DNA of 64,000 nt. It comes from Azolla caroliniana. Taxonomy: Eukaryota; Plantae; Polypodiophyta. Positions 27,059-40,755 of this stretch are shown piece by piece. Numbering within the stretch: position 1 is the first letter of the stretch; each line of letters starts with the position of its first letter. Under the pieces are notes generated by a model that saw only the letters and a list, made by a program, of their open reading frames with translations, was not told where the DNA came from and ran no database searches. The position numbers and the translations under genes are program-made. The DNA is taken from the NCBI GenBank assembly GCA_043228905.1, contig JBHGNT010000001.1:28706001-28770000 (forward strand), in the 5' to 3' direction.

Positions 27059-28006
27059 CTATCATTCACGCCTTCTCATCCCTTGTGACCTCCCAAGTCC
27101 AAGACCCCCGTAGTCCCGCTTGAGTAGCACACACACACACATTTTCACAACAATGTGAACAACACAGAACAATAACATCAGGCTTTTCCCTCCTAAGTGA
27201 ACCCACCAACAATCAAGATGAATTCAAGCTAGGAATTTGTGTTAACAATTCACGTGAAATGTAAATGTTTATACTCATGAAACATAAACTTACCACTAGA
27301 GATTATACTTCATACGTAACTTGTTGATTCCGTGATCAACCTATTCTTTAGTTTGAGGTCATGTTCCTCGTCACGTGATGTGGTACCAATCACTTGACCA
27401 CTCTTCCACCCAAACCTCAAACTATTTAAACAACCCGCATGAAATTTCCATATCTATGATGCAATGTCCAATGGGGCTTCACAAGCTAGAAGGTTATGAA
27501 GCAAAAGCTTTACAACTAGACCATATCATGTGATAGGACTTAGTGGCATGAGGGCAAAACAACCTCCATGTTGGCAACTTCTACTTGTGCCAGAAATTTA
27601 AAATAATTTTCTTATCCTATTTATTGCTAAAGAACCATAAAAGCAATGGTCTATGTTGTGGGTGGGTGGGAAGTACTATCAAATAAATGTAGAATGAAAC
27701 ATTCATGTCTTAGGTTCATGTCATCAGTAAGTCTAAGAGATGTGTTTTGCAATCTAATACTCTGCTAAGCTTGAGATATGTCTATGCTTTGAAGGCAGCA
27801 TAACTTCTTAGCTCAAAAAATGCTTGCATGTCATTTTAAGTTTGTTAGTCATGGGAATAAAGACATTCAATTGTTAGTACAACATATGTAACAATCATTT
27901 GAAGGTCTCTGATTTCTTGTGCCATAATCAATTCATGAAAACATTTTCATTCACAATCTTTAGAGTTGCAAGTAATCCAACGTTAATCATATCCGCATTG
28001 AATTAT

Positions 28007-28223
28007 GCAATGTTTTAAAATGATTTTTAGCTGCCAATAATATCCAGCTGACAAACATGTACAAACACTCATATTGTCTCAAAGATGGTATAGATGTGAT
28101 GTACATGTCTATAGGCAATGTTTTAAAATGATTTTTGGTCGCTGATAATATCGACCTCACAAACATGTACAAACACTCATGTTGTCTCAAAGATGGTTAT
28201 GGATGGATTCAATGTCTATAGGC
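28007..28223. repeat. Tandem duplication, 2 x 108 bp
   Basis: GCAATGTTTTAAAATGATTTTT...ACAAACATGTACAAACACTCAT.TTGTCTCAAAGATGG...ATGTCTATAGGC starts at 28007 and at 28115. Confidence 0.92.
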
Positions 28224-29183
28224 GAGTGTTTATTTTGTGCAATAATATGCAGAGCATTGTTGATCTAACAAGTATTTAGTACCAATCGTGTATCAAAAAC
28301 CACAAAACATGGGAATCAAATCCAACATTATATAAACATGTAGAGTAATGTCGATACATCATTTTGTTGTATGGTCATGCTGCCATAACTACTCAGAATC
28401 AACCCTACATTCTTGCAATGAAAATAGGCGTAGCTTATATTTAAAGTCATGTCCACAAAGTACAAGTATTGTACTATAATTTTACATACATGTACAACTA
28501 AAAAATTGTTCGAATGACAATCCATAGACATATTACAGTACTGATATTTACACGAAATGGACAAATACTAATACGAGACTTTATAATTTTATCATTACAA
28601 TGTGAGGAGACCCACTCCCTTGCTCCACAAAGTTCTTCCTTGCATCTGAACGAAAAATCTAAACTTTGTTAATGTTTTATTTGTAAATATACTTTTTTGG
28701 GAAGAATATCCTACTCTATGGACTGGTATTTGTATGAGAAATGATGCCGATTGTACTAGATTGACAAAGTTGAAGGTCCACTAGATTCCTCTCTTTTTCA
28801 GTTATGGGTAATCCAAAGCATATCACCAAAAACATGATCCTGAGTTTTAGGTAATCATATTTTTCAAAAATGCGACCAAAATTTTTTGTGATTCCTGATG
28901 ATTTCTTCATTGAAATCCTAGATCAGTGTGTTTACCTCCATGCACGTTGCCATCAATGAGCATCTTCACATTTACTTTGACTTATGTTCCACAAACATCT
29001 ATAAAGGTGTAATTCTTGATAAGCACCCATTCAGATTTCCCACCCTGTTCTTTGAATTCAAGAAATGACATTAACTCTAATGTTAGGACCATTAAATCAT
29101 GAAGTAAGCTGAGGAAAGCTTGGAGCATCCATCACGTCCACGAAAGCTTCTAAATCATGCACTAACTAATTTTACATGCTCTA

Positions 29184-32100
29184 TCATTTGAAATCTTCCC
29201 TGGCACCTGTGATCGAGCAAATATTGAGGCAATGCTGAGGAAGTCCATGAATAAGCTCTTTGACAAATCTTGAGAGTTTGTTAGGTTCAGACTGTTGCCA
29301 TGGTGCAGGCTCACAGCTATAGAGTAAGAATCTAACCAAACAAAAAATCCAAAATTCCAGAAATATGTTAAAACAACACATCTAACAAAATCTTACAGGT
29401 CACTAAATTACATCGGGGTTTTTCATTACTTCCACAATACCCTTAAGTTTCTGTTTTTCCCCAGATGCCCCTGGTCAACCCCTGAAAAAGAAACTAGGAA
29501 AGAATTAACAATGTAACTGCTGAAATAACACATAATTGCTCTTGAGGGGGTTGACCACAGCTATTTGGGAAAATAATAAAAACGTGAGGGCATATTGGGT
29601 AACAAAGAGAACCTCAAGTATTTTTAGGAATTTTTTTAAAGATTAGGACGTATTGGTTGTTTTCAGAGAACATGCTATTTGAGATATCTAATTTAGAGAA
29701 ATACAACAATATGATCAAAACGTCTCTATGCCATCTGGTTTACAATGACTTACCACAATGGCATTCTAGTGGCAATTATTTTAGGCCCTATGGCAATTCT
29801 ATGAGGTAGGGTGACATCCCAGGAATTACGTTAAACTAGTGGGGCATTTTCAGAACTTGCCCTAAAAATCATATCTTACTATATATTTAATAAATATATA
29901 CACTCTTAAATGAAGAATAGAAGTCGACGGTCTTAAATGGTCATTTAATAGCTGCATCCAGGGCAGCGGCTTGTTAGCGTTCACATTTTTCAATTCACAC
30001 AAGGGAACACTCTAACTTCAAGACTCACAGCTGTTTTCGAGCACGTGTTACTCCAACATAGAAAAGTCGACGCTCTTCATCTGGATCACATTCTTCCAGA
30101 GGTAGCACCCTGTCACTTACTCCGACCACAAACACACAATCAAACTCCAAACCTTTCGAAGAATGCAGTGTTGACAGCGTCACTTTGCTCTGCTGAAAAC
30201 ATGTAACACTATGTTACTCTTAATCATCGCATCCTATAGTGAATGTTTTTGCCACTGTTTTATTCTATTCTGATAATCCCAAACGAACCTGGCCGCCTGT
30301 AGGATCCGCGTCTCGATTTTCTTCTTCTTGATTTGTCAGCAAGGCTATGTCTTCAAGAAAAGATAACAATGCCTGGTAACCTACTCCATACCGGCTTTCA
30401 GATATCTCTGCAGCAGACTATATTTGTTCATATAACACCATAAGCTTCAAAATAAATTGTACAACTTCTGATGTTCTTCAACTATAAGGAAACATTACCA
30501 GAAATTGCTGAATCCGTTCAATTCGCTGCCTAGCCTCTGCATCATCCTTGGAAAGAGCCTCAATGTAGGACTGGAATGATAAACTGAATTAACAAGTAAG
30601 AAAATATATTAAGATCAAATACAGCTTTCCATTTAACCCATCTTCCTGAAATAAGTAATAGGCTTCTATCTCTGCCCTATCCAGACATTATCAGAAGCCT
30701 ACAACAATCATATGTGAAACTGGAAGATCATCAGCACAGAACCTCTTCATCATTATTCATGTAAGTTATTTATATTTTATGCTTGATGATCCACCATCGT
30801 ATTCGAATTATTATGTAAAGGAACATCCACATATCACAGTCACGTGGAAATTGAAATTAGTATTCCCGTTGTCAGTCTCATACAAGGTTTGAAGGTTGCA
30901 GGAGACTGCTCAATGTCTCATAAGATAGTTCAATTTATTGTCTTGGCATAATCACGGTTGGGTTGTGGAGTTGGAGATGGTTTTCAATTTATTGTCTTGC
31001 ATTAATGACGGTTAGGTTGTGGAATTGTAGGGATCAGAGGAGGTTAACAACCTACAAGAGGCACTCAAGTACCGTGGCCCCATAGGACCAGAGGTACCCT
31101 GAAGAAGATGCAGCATCGCCGTCTTGTATTTTGGGGTTGGGATGGCAAGAGGCTAGGAAACGTAGTACTTTACAGTAACAAAGGTGTTAAAGCCTACAAG
31201 ATCTGTAAAGGTTCTACGCTCAGATTGATATTCGAAGGCCTTAACCTCCATAAAGAGATAGTCATACAAAGATAAATAACCACATGGAAACTTAATTTTG
31301 TAAGTCCTCTGGTGTATGAATACTTACTTCTGAATAACCACAGTTAAAAGCTGCAAAACAGACACCTTGCAACATACTTCACGAAGGTGATGGATCATTT
31401 CAATAAAACTGAAAATGCTATTCCTGTAAAATACTAGCATTTATAAATCAATTCAGAAAGAAAAGGGATTTATATCCGATTTAGATAAATATTTAGCACA
31501 AATAGCTTGCCTTGCTTTTGCCTGAATTCCTAAGTCCTTATGCGTCAGAGATTCAGTATAAATTTTCTGCAATAACTCACCAAACCTTTCAGAATAGCAA
31601 GTTGATCAGATTGCAAAATATGCCCACCCTACATGATTCTGTGCATAACTGTGATAGGCTGCACATCAGCTTTACCTCCAATGCAATGGGAAATGACAGG
31701 TTCTTATCACTGGCCCAATTTTTTAAGATTTTCATGCTTTTTTCTCCAATTCCTGTGCATTGAGACCGAGATTACAGGTTTCAACAACGTCGAGTTTATA
31801 AAACAGACCAAAATCTAAAGCATTTTAATCATAAGAAAAAATTTGCAAAACTGAAACTTTTAAAGGATGTTGCTCAACTGTAAATATTCCACTAGAAAAT
31901 AGCCCAATAAGCTTCTAAATTAAGTGAGCATATTAATACTGATAGATTTCATGTGCATAGAGTATGCAACTAGACATTATTCTTTTAGCTTCTGCTGAAA
32001 CTACATCCACTCAGTCTCCTTTTCCATCAACTCTAGCAGTCTCGTGGAGTTACGATTTCTGATGTTCAATCAGTTTTGAGATGAATTTCAAATAAACCCA

Positions 32101-35100
32101 ACCTATGTTATCAAGCTACATGTGTTATGGGGAATCAGGAGGTGAGGCAGAATTATTGGTTTGCACAAGCATCAATGAACTCTTGATTGTGACCAACACC
32201 ATGGGTGATTGACAACTAAATGCATTACGTGAATATAGCCGTTATGGTTGGGAGTAAGTTAAAATGTAGGCTCAGTTGAGAGAGCTAAGGTTGTTGACCA
32301 ATTTAAACATAGTTAAGCAAACAAAGGTTGTTCAGGTAGTTTAAGTCACTCTTGTATATGTATCTGCCTATTTGGACCACATGATATTATATCTCCATTG
32401 TATCTTCCATCTACCGTAATTGCTACCATAATTGCACTTAGGCACTCAATAATATATTCTACAGTGGGTTCCATTTGCGTCTCTATGGCGTTCAGTCTGA
32501 TTTGTGAGGATCCTAGCAGCTCACAGTGTAACAAGAATAACATTACACACGATGAACTATTCCCTATACTCACAACTGCTCCCGAACCATCTCCCTCCCC
32601 CAGCACTGGCCTCCTCTTTTTTATTTCAACATCTGTGATGAATGACCATGATTAAAAACTATTAATCCAGTCTTGAGCCTGATATCCTACCACGAGGAGG
32701 CACATTGATGCAGTAATCAAGAGCAACTTCATTCCCAAAATTTGCTATCAATTGCAAGTAGGAGATCAGTATTTTTATCTCCTGCGCTGAAAACATAGTA
32801 GTCAGAACATGTCTGGTAAACATAATTTTAATTCAACAAAACTTCAATCTTTAGACCCACCTTGTGAGAATAAAATGGTGCAGCCCCATAAACCTTGAAA
32901 GGAATCCAAGCCTTCACAAGTGCACGCTCTAGCTCAAAAGCCTGTAGCAAAGAGTTTTCAGTGATGATTAAAAGCTTGTAAGTATGTGAAACATCGTACC
33001 ACAATACCTGTGCTCGTGTACGATATAACAGTGCAAAGCTTCCCCACGAAGCTGCTCCTTGCCCCACAAGCTTCTCCATCTCTAGCACAACAAAGCTTGC
33101 TTCTAGCCTTGGATTTTCAAATTCTCCTATACTAATAGGTACTGCTTTGTATTTCTGATCCACATAAAACAATTATAACAGACAATTTTGTTAATGATCA
33201 TATCGTAAAATATCATTACTCATAATGATATGGAATATCTCGCTTCATGTTGGTTGAAAAACCACCTTCACTGGAATAAGACTTAAGGCGTGCAGTGATC
33301 CAATATTCCGGTTGTAATGGCTGTGCTTAAGGATTACTGAAGCAGCTTTCACAATTGATGATGATGATCTGTAGTTTTCCCTTAGCTGGGACAAGCAAGC
33401 AGCAACACATTCCCTTCAGCTTTGGTTTGATTAAAGAAGCTCAAGTAGGCATGTGTAACAATTTAGTAATGAACCTGAAAAGTAGCTATAGATGGAAAAT
33501 CCTTTTCCAACGCCCACTGCATGTGGCTTAGGTCTGCACCTCTCCAACCAAAAATTGCCTTTATCACAACCATATAAAAAAATGAGCTCATTGCAAATTA
33601 ATCTGCACATTGCATAGCATTATCAATCACATATACAGCTCTGAAATGAGGTTGACAAGAAGCCATCAAAGAAACCTAACATATTATTAAGTGTTAGGAT
33701 GACGCCTACAAGATGGATCTAAATGAAAGTTGATAGTTTTATCATGGGTTTACATCTATAGAATTGGGCATATTCTACATTCATAGAGAGGATGGTTGCA
33801 TTCAATTATTTTATTTTCAAGATGGATTGTGTTGTGTAACGATTTATCTCGGTTTCTTAAGACTATCATAGGCCATCTTTAAGAAACACAGTACAAAATA
33901 TCCGTTAGAATTGCTGTCCTGACTTATTCTGTGGACAGTAGAAACAATATAAATATAGCCGCACCAATTAAAGTCATTAATTTAGAATGGTAAGAGAAAC
34001 CATGCATAAGAAACAACTACGGGAAGAGAATTTCCATGTTATGTTATCATGAGAGAACTTAAAGAAGAGGCAAGGGGGTGCCCAAGCTGTGAGGAAAGCC
34101 TAGCTTCTTTCCTTTCTGATCATGTAAGAGCTCAAAGAACCATTCCACTGACTATCCAGAATATGAATCAACACATGTCACACAACGACCAATACCTTCA
34201 ACATGGGCTGTCACTCATCACTGGGGTGTGAAAATATTTGCTCTAACATACACAGAAAGATAATGCTGGACAATGGAAACTGCAAAAAAGACAATATCTA
34301 TGCTACTCCTCACCATCATCACAAGGCAGCATGTCTAATCTGCCTTTGAAATATCCTGAAACTTAAGAATAAAGACAAGTTCTGACAAAACCCTTTAAAA
34401 GAAAAGTGAATATCCAGACTGTTTTGTAGCCAAAGTACTTGCAACCCCACAAGTAAAACAATGGGTCCAAGTAATCCTAGTGGCATGAATTACTTGTCAT
34501 AAAAATACATACATCATCAAACAAAGCTACTATGCTTATCCATTGAAAACTCATTAACACATTATTTGGATGAGAAGAAGACCTGATCAATGTCTCCAAC
34601 AACAAAAAGCTTCTGATTCTTCAAGGCAAGAAGGCGAACTAACTCATATTGGAGCTGCAGAGGCCAACAGATATTAGCTTCTATACATTAAGGAAATATT
34701 TCAAACATAACCAAATCCCATAAAAAAAACATTTTGTACCAAATCTGTATCTTGGAATTCATCTACAAGTACATATTTCCACCGCTCTTCGCATACCTGA
34801 GTCCTTAATATGAACAAATATCAAATTAGTGGCGTTTAATAGATCTCAATTGAGTTTTGTACACACTTAGAATGCTTGAAAATAGAACTTGGTCACATAA
34901 TCAAGTAGTTTCTTCACTCCCAATGAGATTAATCACAGGAACTTAGTGTACCACTGCGCTTTGATTGCATGGAGTAGTAGAACTTTGAAATTTCTCTTGA
35001 TCTACAATTCTGTCTACTAAAGCTTCAGCCAGAGTAAAGCATACACTTGTTAACACACTAACAATTCAAACTTGCTCGCATATCAAAGGCTTGACATTCG

Positions 35101-38100
35101 TATAACATAGAGATATATATGCTCTATGGAGCTTAACATCAATTATACAACGTAACCAACAGAACAACCGAATGGCTCAATTTGACCAGTGTCCAGTCAA
35201 CACTGTGGGGGAGTGTACCGCCAAGCAATGTCTCCAAGAGACTAATCTAAAAACATAAGCAAAGATGCTCCAAGCATAAAGTTTATCTTCTTTCTATTGC
35301 TGCCCTTGATGAGTCAGTAAAAGCATCCCACTGACTCATCATATTATGAAAGAGCTTACCCCATATTGGACTACAGTCACTAACATTGAGTAAGTCTCAC
35401 TGCCTAGAATATAAGCTGAAAGGAAGGAAGAGAGATTATCTTTACATCTCTAAAGAGATCAAAATGGAAGATGAGACCCACATGGTAATGTACCAAGTGG
35501 CCAATCACAAACCTTACAATGTCTCATAGAAGATACAAATCCCCACAACAAATCCTCACAGACCACTAAGTTAAATAACTTCTCCTAGAAGCTACAAATC
35601 CCCACAACATATCCTCACAGACCACTAAGTTCAGCATCTTCTCCAAGCGTCTGCTTCATGCTTTCCCCCTGCTTTTTCCTTTCTCAATGATGGCTCAAAA
35701 TGAAAATCCAAGTTAGAGAGAAACTACTTTAGAAACCAGCCTAGCCTCAAGCTCTAACCCTATGTAACTCATTATCCGGTTTGCTTATCTGGTTTTACCC
35801 TGTCAATCTCGTCCATGATAGGCACGACCATCGAGAAACTACAATGCTCAATGAACCTATCTACCTGCTACAAGTTATGCCTTAAATAGAAGATTGAACA
35901 GTTTCACAGATTTGTCAATCACTACAAAAGGATCCACACTATGAAAAACAAAAAAACATAGGTGGACTTTTTCAAATTACCTCTCGCAACTTATGATCAG
36001 AATGCAACATTCGCACCACAAGATGAATCAGATCATCAAAATCAACTGCATTATTTCTTCTCAAAGTTTTCTGCACAAACAAAACAAAAACAGCTTTATC
36101 ATAGGGACAGAAAAATGAGTAGCAATGTAGAAATTTATGTATTAACTAGAATGGTTTCAATAAGGCTTCCAAAATGGTGCAATTGGCTCTTGTTGTTGGT
36201 CAAAGACAAATGGCCTCTCCTCCATGTCTTAGCTCAACAAAAAGAACACTATTTCTCACAAATTGGTTGGGTTTGTGATATATTTTGGTTCACTGAAGTT
36301 CAGTTTGAGGTGTACAGCTGCAACTTTCAATACTGAGATTTGTGAGAGGTGTCAAGAGTTTCATTCTGTGTGATCAGTATTAGACACAAACACACCGGTG
36401 CATTCATTTAATATCAATAATGATTATTCTAACATCCTCAGCAACTTACCCAAGTAATTCTACATTTTTATACAGTTTTTCTGGTAGGCGTAGCCAATGA
36501 AAGCTTTGTGCCTAGCCCCTGAGCTCCCCCATACCTCTCTTTGTTCACACATTTTGACTATCAATGTTCCATGACCCCTTGGTCCATACCACTAGCCCTA
36601 TTATCCTGGCCCTTGGCCCCAGTATTCATTATAAAACCACACACTGTAGGATCATTTTGGATATAACCATAGTTTTGAGTAATAGCACACCTCATAGAGT
36701 AAAGCCATAGTAAGATCTGCCTCACACAAATGTCCAGGAAGCTTTGGAGGAGCTATTTGTCTTTTGCTATTTAAAAAACATTTGATCATGTGCAACCTAG
36801 CAGACCGTAAAGACTTATGTACAGCTGCTAGAGTGGAAGCTGGTACTGAAAGTGTCTTCTGTTCATTCTTGTGGATTCCTTTCTTTGATAGAAAAAAACT
36901 GTCTTCCAAAGTTCCTTCATAGATGTTATTGTCTTGAATTGCTGATATTTTTGACGCTTGCTTGTCCTTTCTAACCATGGTTTTTGGAATCTGCAGGAAA
37001 TGTTAACAAACATCGCAATGTATCTTAGTGACCATAATCCTTTCCGATATCTTTTCTATGAGATAAGGTCCCAAAGTAATGTAGACCTTACTGCTCCTAG
37101 AATTTGTTTGACGACCCTTTCAGAATCTTTTTCGTCATAAATCACAAAGTTCTTGTCTATACCAGAGCATGGATACCACCTGAGTATTTTTGAGCATATG
37201 CTATGAAATGTGCCGACCTTGCCAATAAAAAAAGTAAATAGAGTTTGTCAGTAAAACATTTCAAGAACCATTATCTTAATAAATTATGACAAAGGCAGAT
37301 TAAAACATCAAGAATATTTGCAACGTATACTATGAGAATTGAGCATGAAAGTTTTTCATACTGTCAACTGTTTGGCTATTTCGGACCCAAAAAGTTGCTC
37401 TAATCTTTCACGGAGTTCTTGGGCTGCTTTATTGGTAAACGTGACAAACTGCAAATAAAGCAAGACGTAAACAACACATTCAGCAAGTGTCACTTCATGA
37501 CCATGGAAATACAATGTCTTTTATTGTAAGGATTTTCATTTTGTTATTATGTTTTGGAATCATTGCAGTCAGAGGTTCAGCAATTTTTGCAGTTAGCTTT
37601 AGTTTCAACACTTTCAAGATCGGTATTGTGTTTCACCAAATCCATGACATAGAAGCCATGGAACTGACAATACTTTCCTAACTTGCTTACTCAGGCCTTT
37701 GTTGGGCCCTTTGTCTTATGCAAACACTAACTATCAACGAGACAGTTTCACCAAAGGGTACAAGAACAATATTACATCTTTTTCTTCTCATTCACACCAA
37801 GCCACAAAACGAAATCTGTTGCTTTGTCAGGATATCCCAAGGTTGTGTCTAAACCCAAAATAATTGGCTTCCTTAAAGCCCCCAAACAAAAGCCAATACC
37901 CATACAAGACTTCAAGCCTGACAAGCCAAATAAACAATGCGCAAGAAGCGGAACACGACTCTCAGGTACCAGAATACCATGGAAGAACAAAGGAATGTTG
38001 ACGAACTTCCTACTCATATTCTACAAGACTAACACGAAAACTACATCCCCCTTGATATTTAAAATAGCATTAAACTAGCACCCAAAACAAAATTTTTAAA

Positions 38101-38640
38101 AATGCATTTTGAAGCAAAAAAACTCTGTATGCTAGTGCTCGAGACAGAAATAGTATTGCCATATGAAGTAGGCTTTTAAAAGTGTGTTGGAGAAGAGAGG
38201 ATTATTTAGCTTACCAGGATGTTCTGAGGCGAAACCCCGCAGCGAGAGATGAGGTGGATGACACGGTGAGTCAAGACACGGGTCTTACCAGAGCCAGGCC
38301 CCGCAACCACACGAATGCACGTCTCGCTCGACTCCACAGCACGAACCTGCTCTTGGCTCAGACCAGCATAACGATGAAGAGGATGAAGAGAAATAGGAAT
38401 GCGGGAATCATCATCATCATCATCATCATCCCCGATGGCAGAACCAACAACAGAGAGAATAGGATGAGGCCATGAAGAAGCATGGGAGGCGAGCATGCGG
38501 AGCGCTTGAAGGCGCGATAGGAACCGGGAAGAGGCGAAAGGAACAGTACAGGGGCGAGTCCATGAGAAAGGTGAAGAAAGAAGGTTCAGGCGCGTACAGC
38601 AATGGTATAGAGCCTGTCGGTGAGGCGTGAGCATCGCCAT
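29184..38640 (-). CDS. UvrD/PcrA/Rep-family (SF1A) ATP-dependent DNA helicase, ~811 aa, with a putative organellar targeting peptide. 19 exons: 38640-38215, 37448-37362, 37217-37092, 36990-36691, 36070-35981, 34796-34740, 34654-34583, 33558-33475, 33385-33266, 33154-33008, 32941-32861, 32781-32691, 31752-31676, 31566-31511, 31423-31328, 30583-30499, 30417-30289, 30192-30029, 29331-29184
   Basis: All SF1 motifs appear in order: [106 protein letters not shown]. Exon phases are consistent (2436 nt), with one GC-AG intron. Confidence 0.93.
29386..29645. mobile_element. Imperfect fold-back / MITE-like element in the last helicase intron
   Basis: Arms ...CAATACCCTT...TTTTCCCCAGATG...TGGTCAACCCCT and GGGGGTTGACCA...ATTTGGGAAAA...AGGGCATATTGG are approximate reverse complements. 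Confidence 0.5.
35522..35635. repeat. Tandem duplication, ~60-bp unit x 2 (helicase intron)
   Basis: TAGAAG.TACAAATCCCCACAACA.ATCCTCACAGACCACTAAGTT occurs twice. Confidence 0.9.
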
Positions 38641-40569
38641 AGCCCAACAGAAAACAAACCACACACAGAACAGAGAGCCTCCCTCCCTATACATATAATA
38701 AGGATTATGGCCATATGTACATACATATCTCTCTCTCTTTCTCTCTGAGTGTGTGTGTGTGTGTGTGTGTCATTCCCACAGGTGCCGTACAAGGAAGGCC
38801 ATGGATAAGGCTTGGATTCCCGGCCGGATCTTGGCCGGGCCCGGGCTTGGCCCGCCCGCCCGCCCAGTTGTAGCACCTTCACTGGTTACCAATCACGTCT
38901 ACGGAAAAAAAGGCGCCCAAAGAATATGCCACTAAAAAGAACCAATAATGTAAATAAATAAATAAAACAATATTATGTACTTCAGAGCAAAGAAAATTAA
39001 ACTCTGAACGTCTCCAATGAATTAGGTTTTAGGGCCTAATCTTCGTGATTGCCCCCCTCCCCCCCGGGCTTTTTTTGTTAACTCCTCTAGATTTGTGACT
39101 CGAGATTTGTGTTGTGCTTTGTTCTTCGTTTTCCAATTGTGAGATCTCTAGGGGGTTTGGGTCATATCTTCCGTTGACTAGATGACGACGAAACTATGTT
39201 TGAATGGCTTTTTTGGGTTATGGTCTCTTGTATGTGGAATGTACACACTACTTGCAGCAACAAAGCAATATCTTCTTTTTATAGTGACATATCGACGTTT
39301 TGTAGAATCGTGCCTATGTGATGGAAGATATAACATTTATGGGTTTTGAATATAGCATATGTTTTCAAACACAAGCCATCTTGAGGGATTTACGTCATTT
39401 TTAAGGAATCATTAAAATGCAGTCCACAATATTACATGTTCATAAAACAATTGACTTTCACTAAGAACAACACCATCAACCTCAAGATGCATCAAATTGT
39501 TCAAAAGACTTCAATCCTATTATCCAAAAGAAAACTTTGCGTGGTTTCACTTTGTGTTAAAAAACAAATCTAGAATAACATAAAATCAAATCGTAAAGTT
39601 GTTAAGTCCTACTAGGCAACTTGCATACCTCATATATTGTAGTCTATTATGTATGAAATTGGGGTTTCCCACCCAATTGAACTTAGGTAAAACAACGCCA
39701 AATTGAATGTGGTCATGGTCTTGCTCTCTTGCTTATTGCTTATGCTTAAATCAATTGTTTCCCATGGTTTTTGTCTTCACTATTTGTCTCGAGTCTCAGG
39801 TCAACTCTCATCCCTTGAATCTCGACCCTAGTCTCGAGTCTCTCTAATTCGTCGTTTGTCTCTTGACACCCTTCATTTATCATTTTTGGTTCTTCTCTCA
39901 TTGCTCGTCTACACGCCTTTGGGCCCTTGGGTTGTGCCTAGGTCCCGCTTTGTTTACAATGTACATCCCGCACTTTATTCAAATACACTTCTCGTCCTTA
40001 CCTTACATGTATATACACACGTCAAATTATCTTATCATTTAGTCTCCTTTTCATCTACTCACCCCACCTTCCACAGAAATGTTATGTTCATCCCTCACAC
40101 ATACGCCAGTCCAATATCTTGCACAATTGCTCATGGCCATTCTCGATCCGCGTGCTTGCAACCCCTATTCGATGTTTACACAGAAACTAGGCGAGGTTTA
40201 ATGCCATTGGTGGAACTGTGCCACATATAAGCTCTACACCAAGGTTACATGTTGATGGCAAGCCAAAAAACATGGCATACCCTTTCTCTCACCAATTTGA
40301 AATAAATAAAATACCATGTGACCCATAAGTGGGTCCTTACATAGGATTGTATTTGAGTATTGTCCTCTTATTTTTTTTGAAAAAAACGATACTACATCAG
40401 TATTAGAGTACTGTCCAGAAATCTTTGAGGTTCATATATCGTCCTCTTATTTATAGGCGTATCCTTATTGTTGGATTTACATGCCTCTCACCGAACAACC
40501 AACAATATCTTATGTTGTTGCTTTTATTAGCTACGATTATATCATATGCTCACCCACATCAAACATTGA

Positions 40570-40755
40570 CACTCAATTCACAACATGCAATTGTGATGAA
40601 ATTCAGTAAAAATTTCCCATAATCTTGCCCGAGGCAAACTTTGTCACTCACTTCACAACATGCAATTGTGATGAAATTTAGTAAAAAATTCCCATAATCT
40701 TGCCCAAGGCAAACTTTGTCACTAACTTCACAATATACAACCACAATGAAATTCG
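40570..40755. repeat. Tandem repeat, 75-bp unit x ~2.5
   Basis: TTCACAACATGCAATTGTGATGAAATT.AGTAAAAA.TTCCCATAATCTTGCCC.AGGCAAACTTTGTCACT at 40577 and 40652, with a partial copy at 40727. Confidence 0.92.

Noticed and set aside
31581-31628. Alternative helicase exon GGHILQSDQ...
   Set aside because: It would need a 47-nt intron and does not give the phase needed downstream; the 31566-31511 exon fits better.
36450-36480. Apparent 31-nt AG...GT exon in the helicase gene
   Set aside because: It introduces an in-frame stop or frameshift; the flanking exons already join correctly (YE|KTLRRNN).
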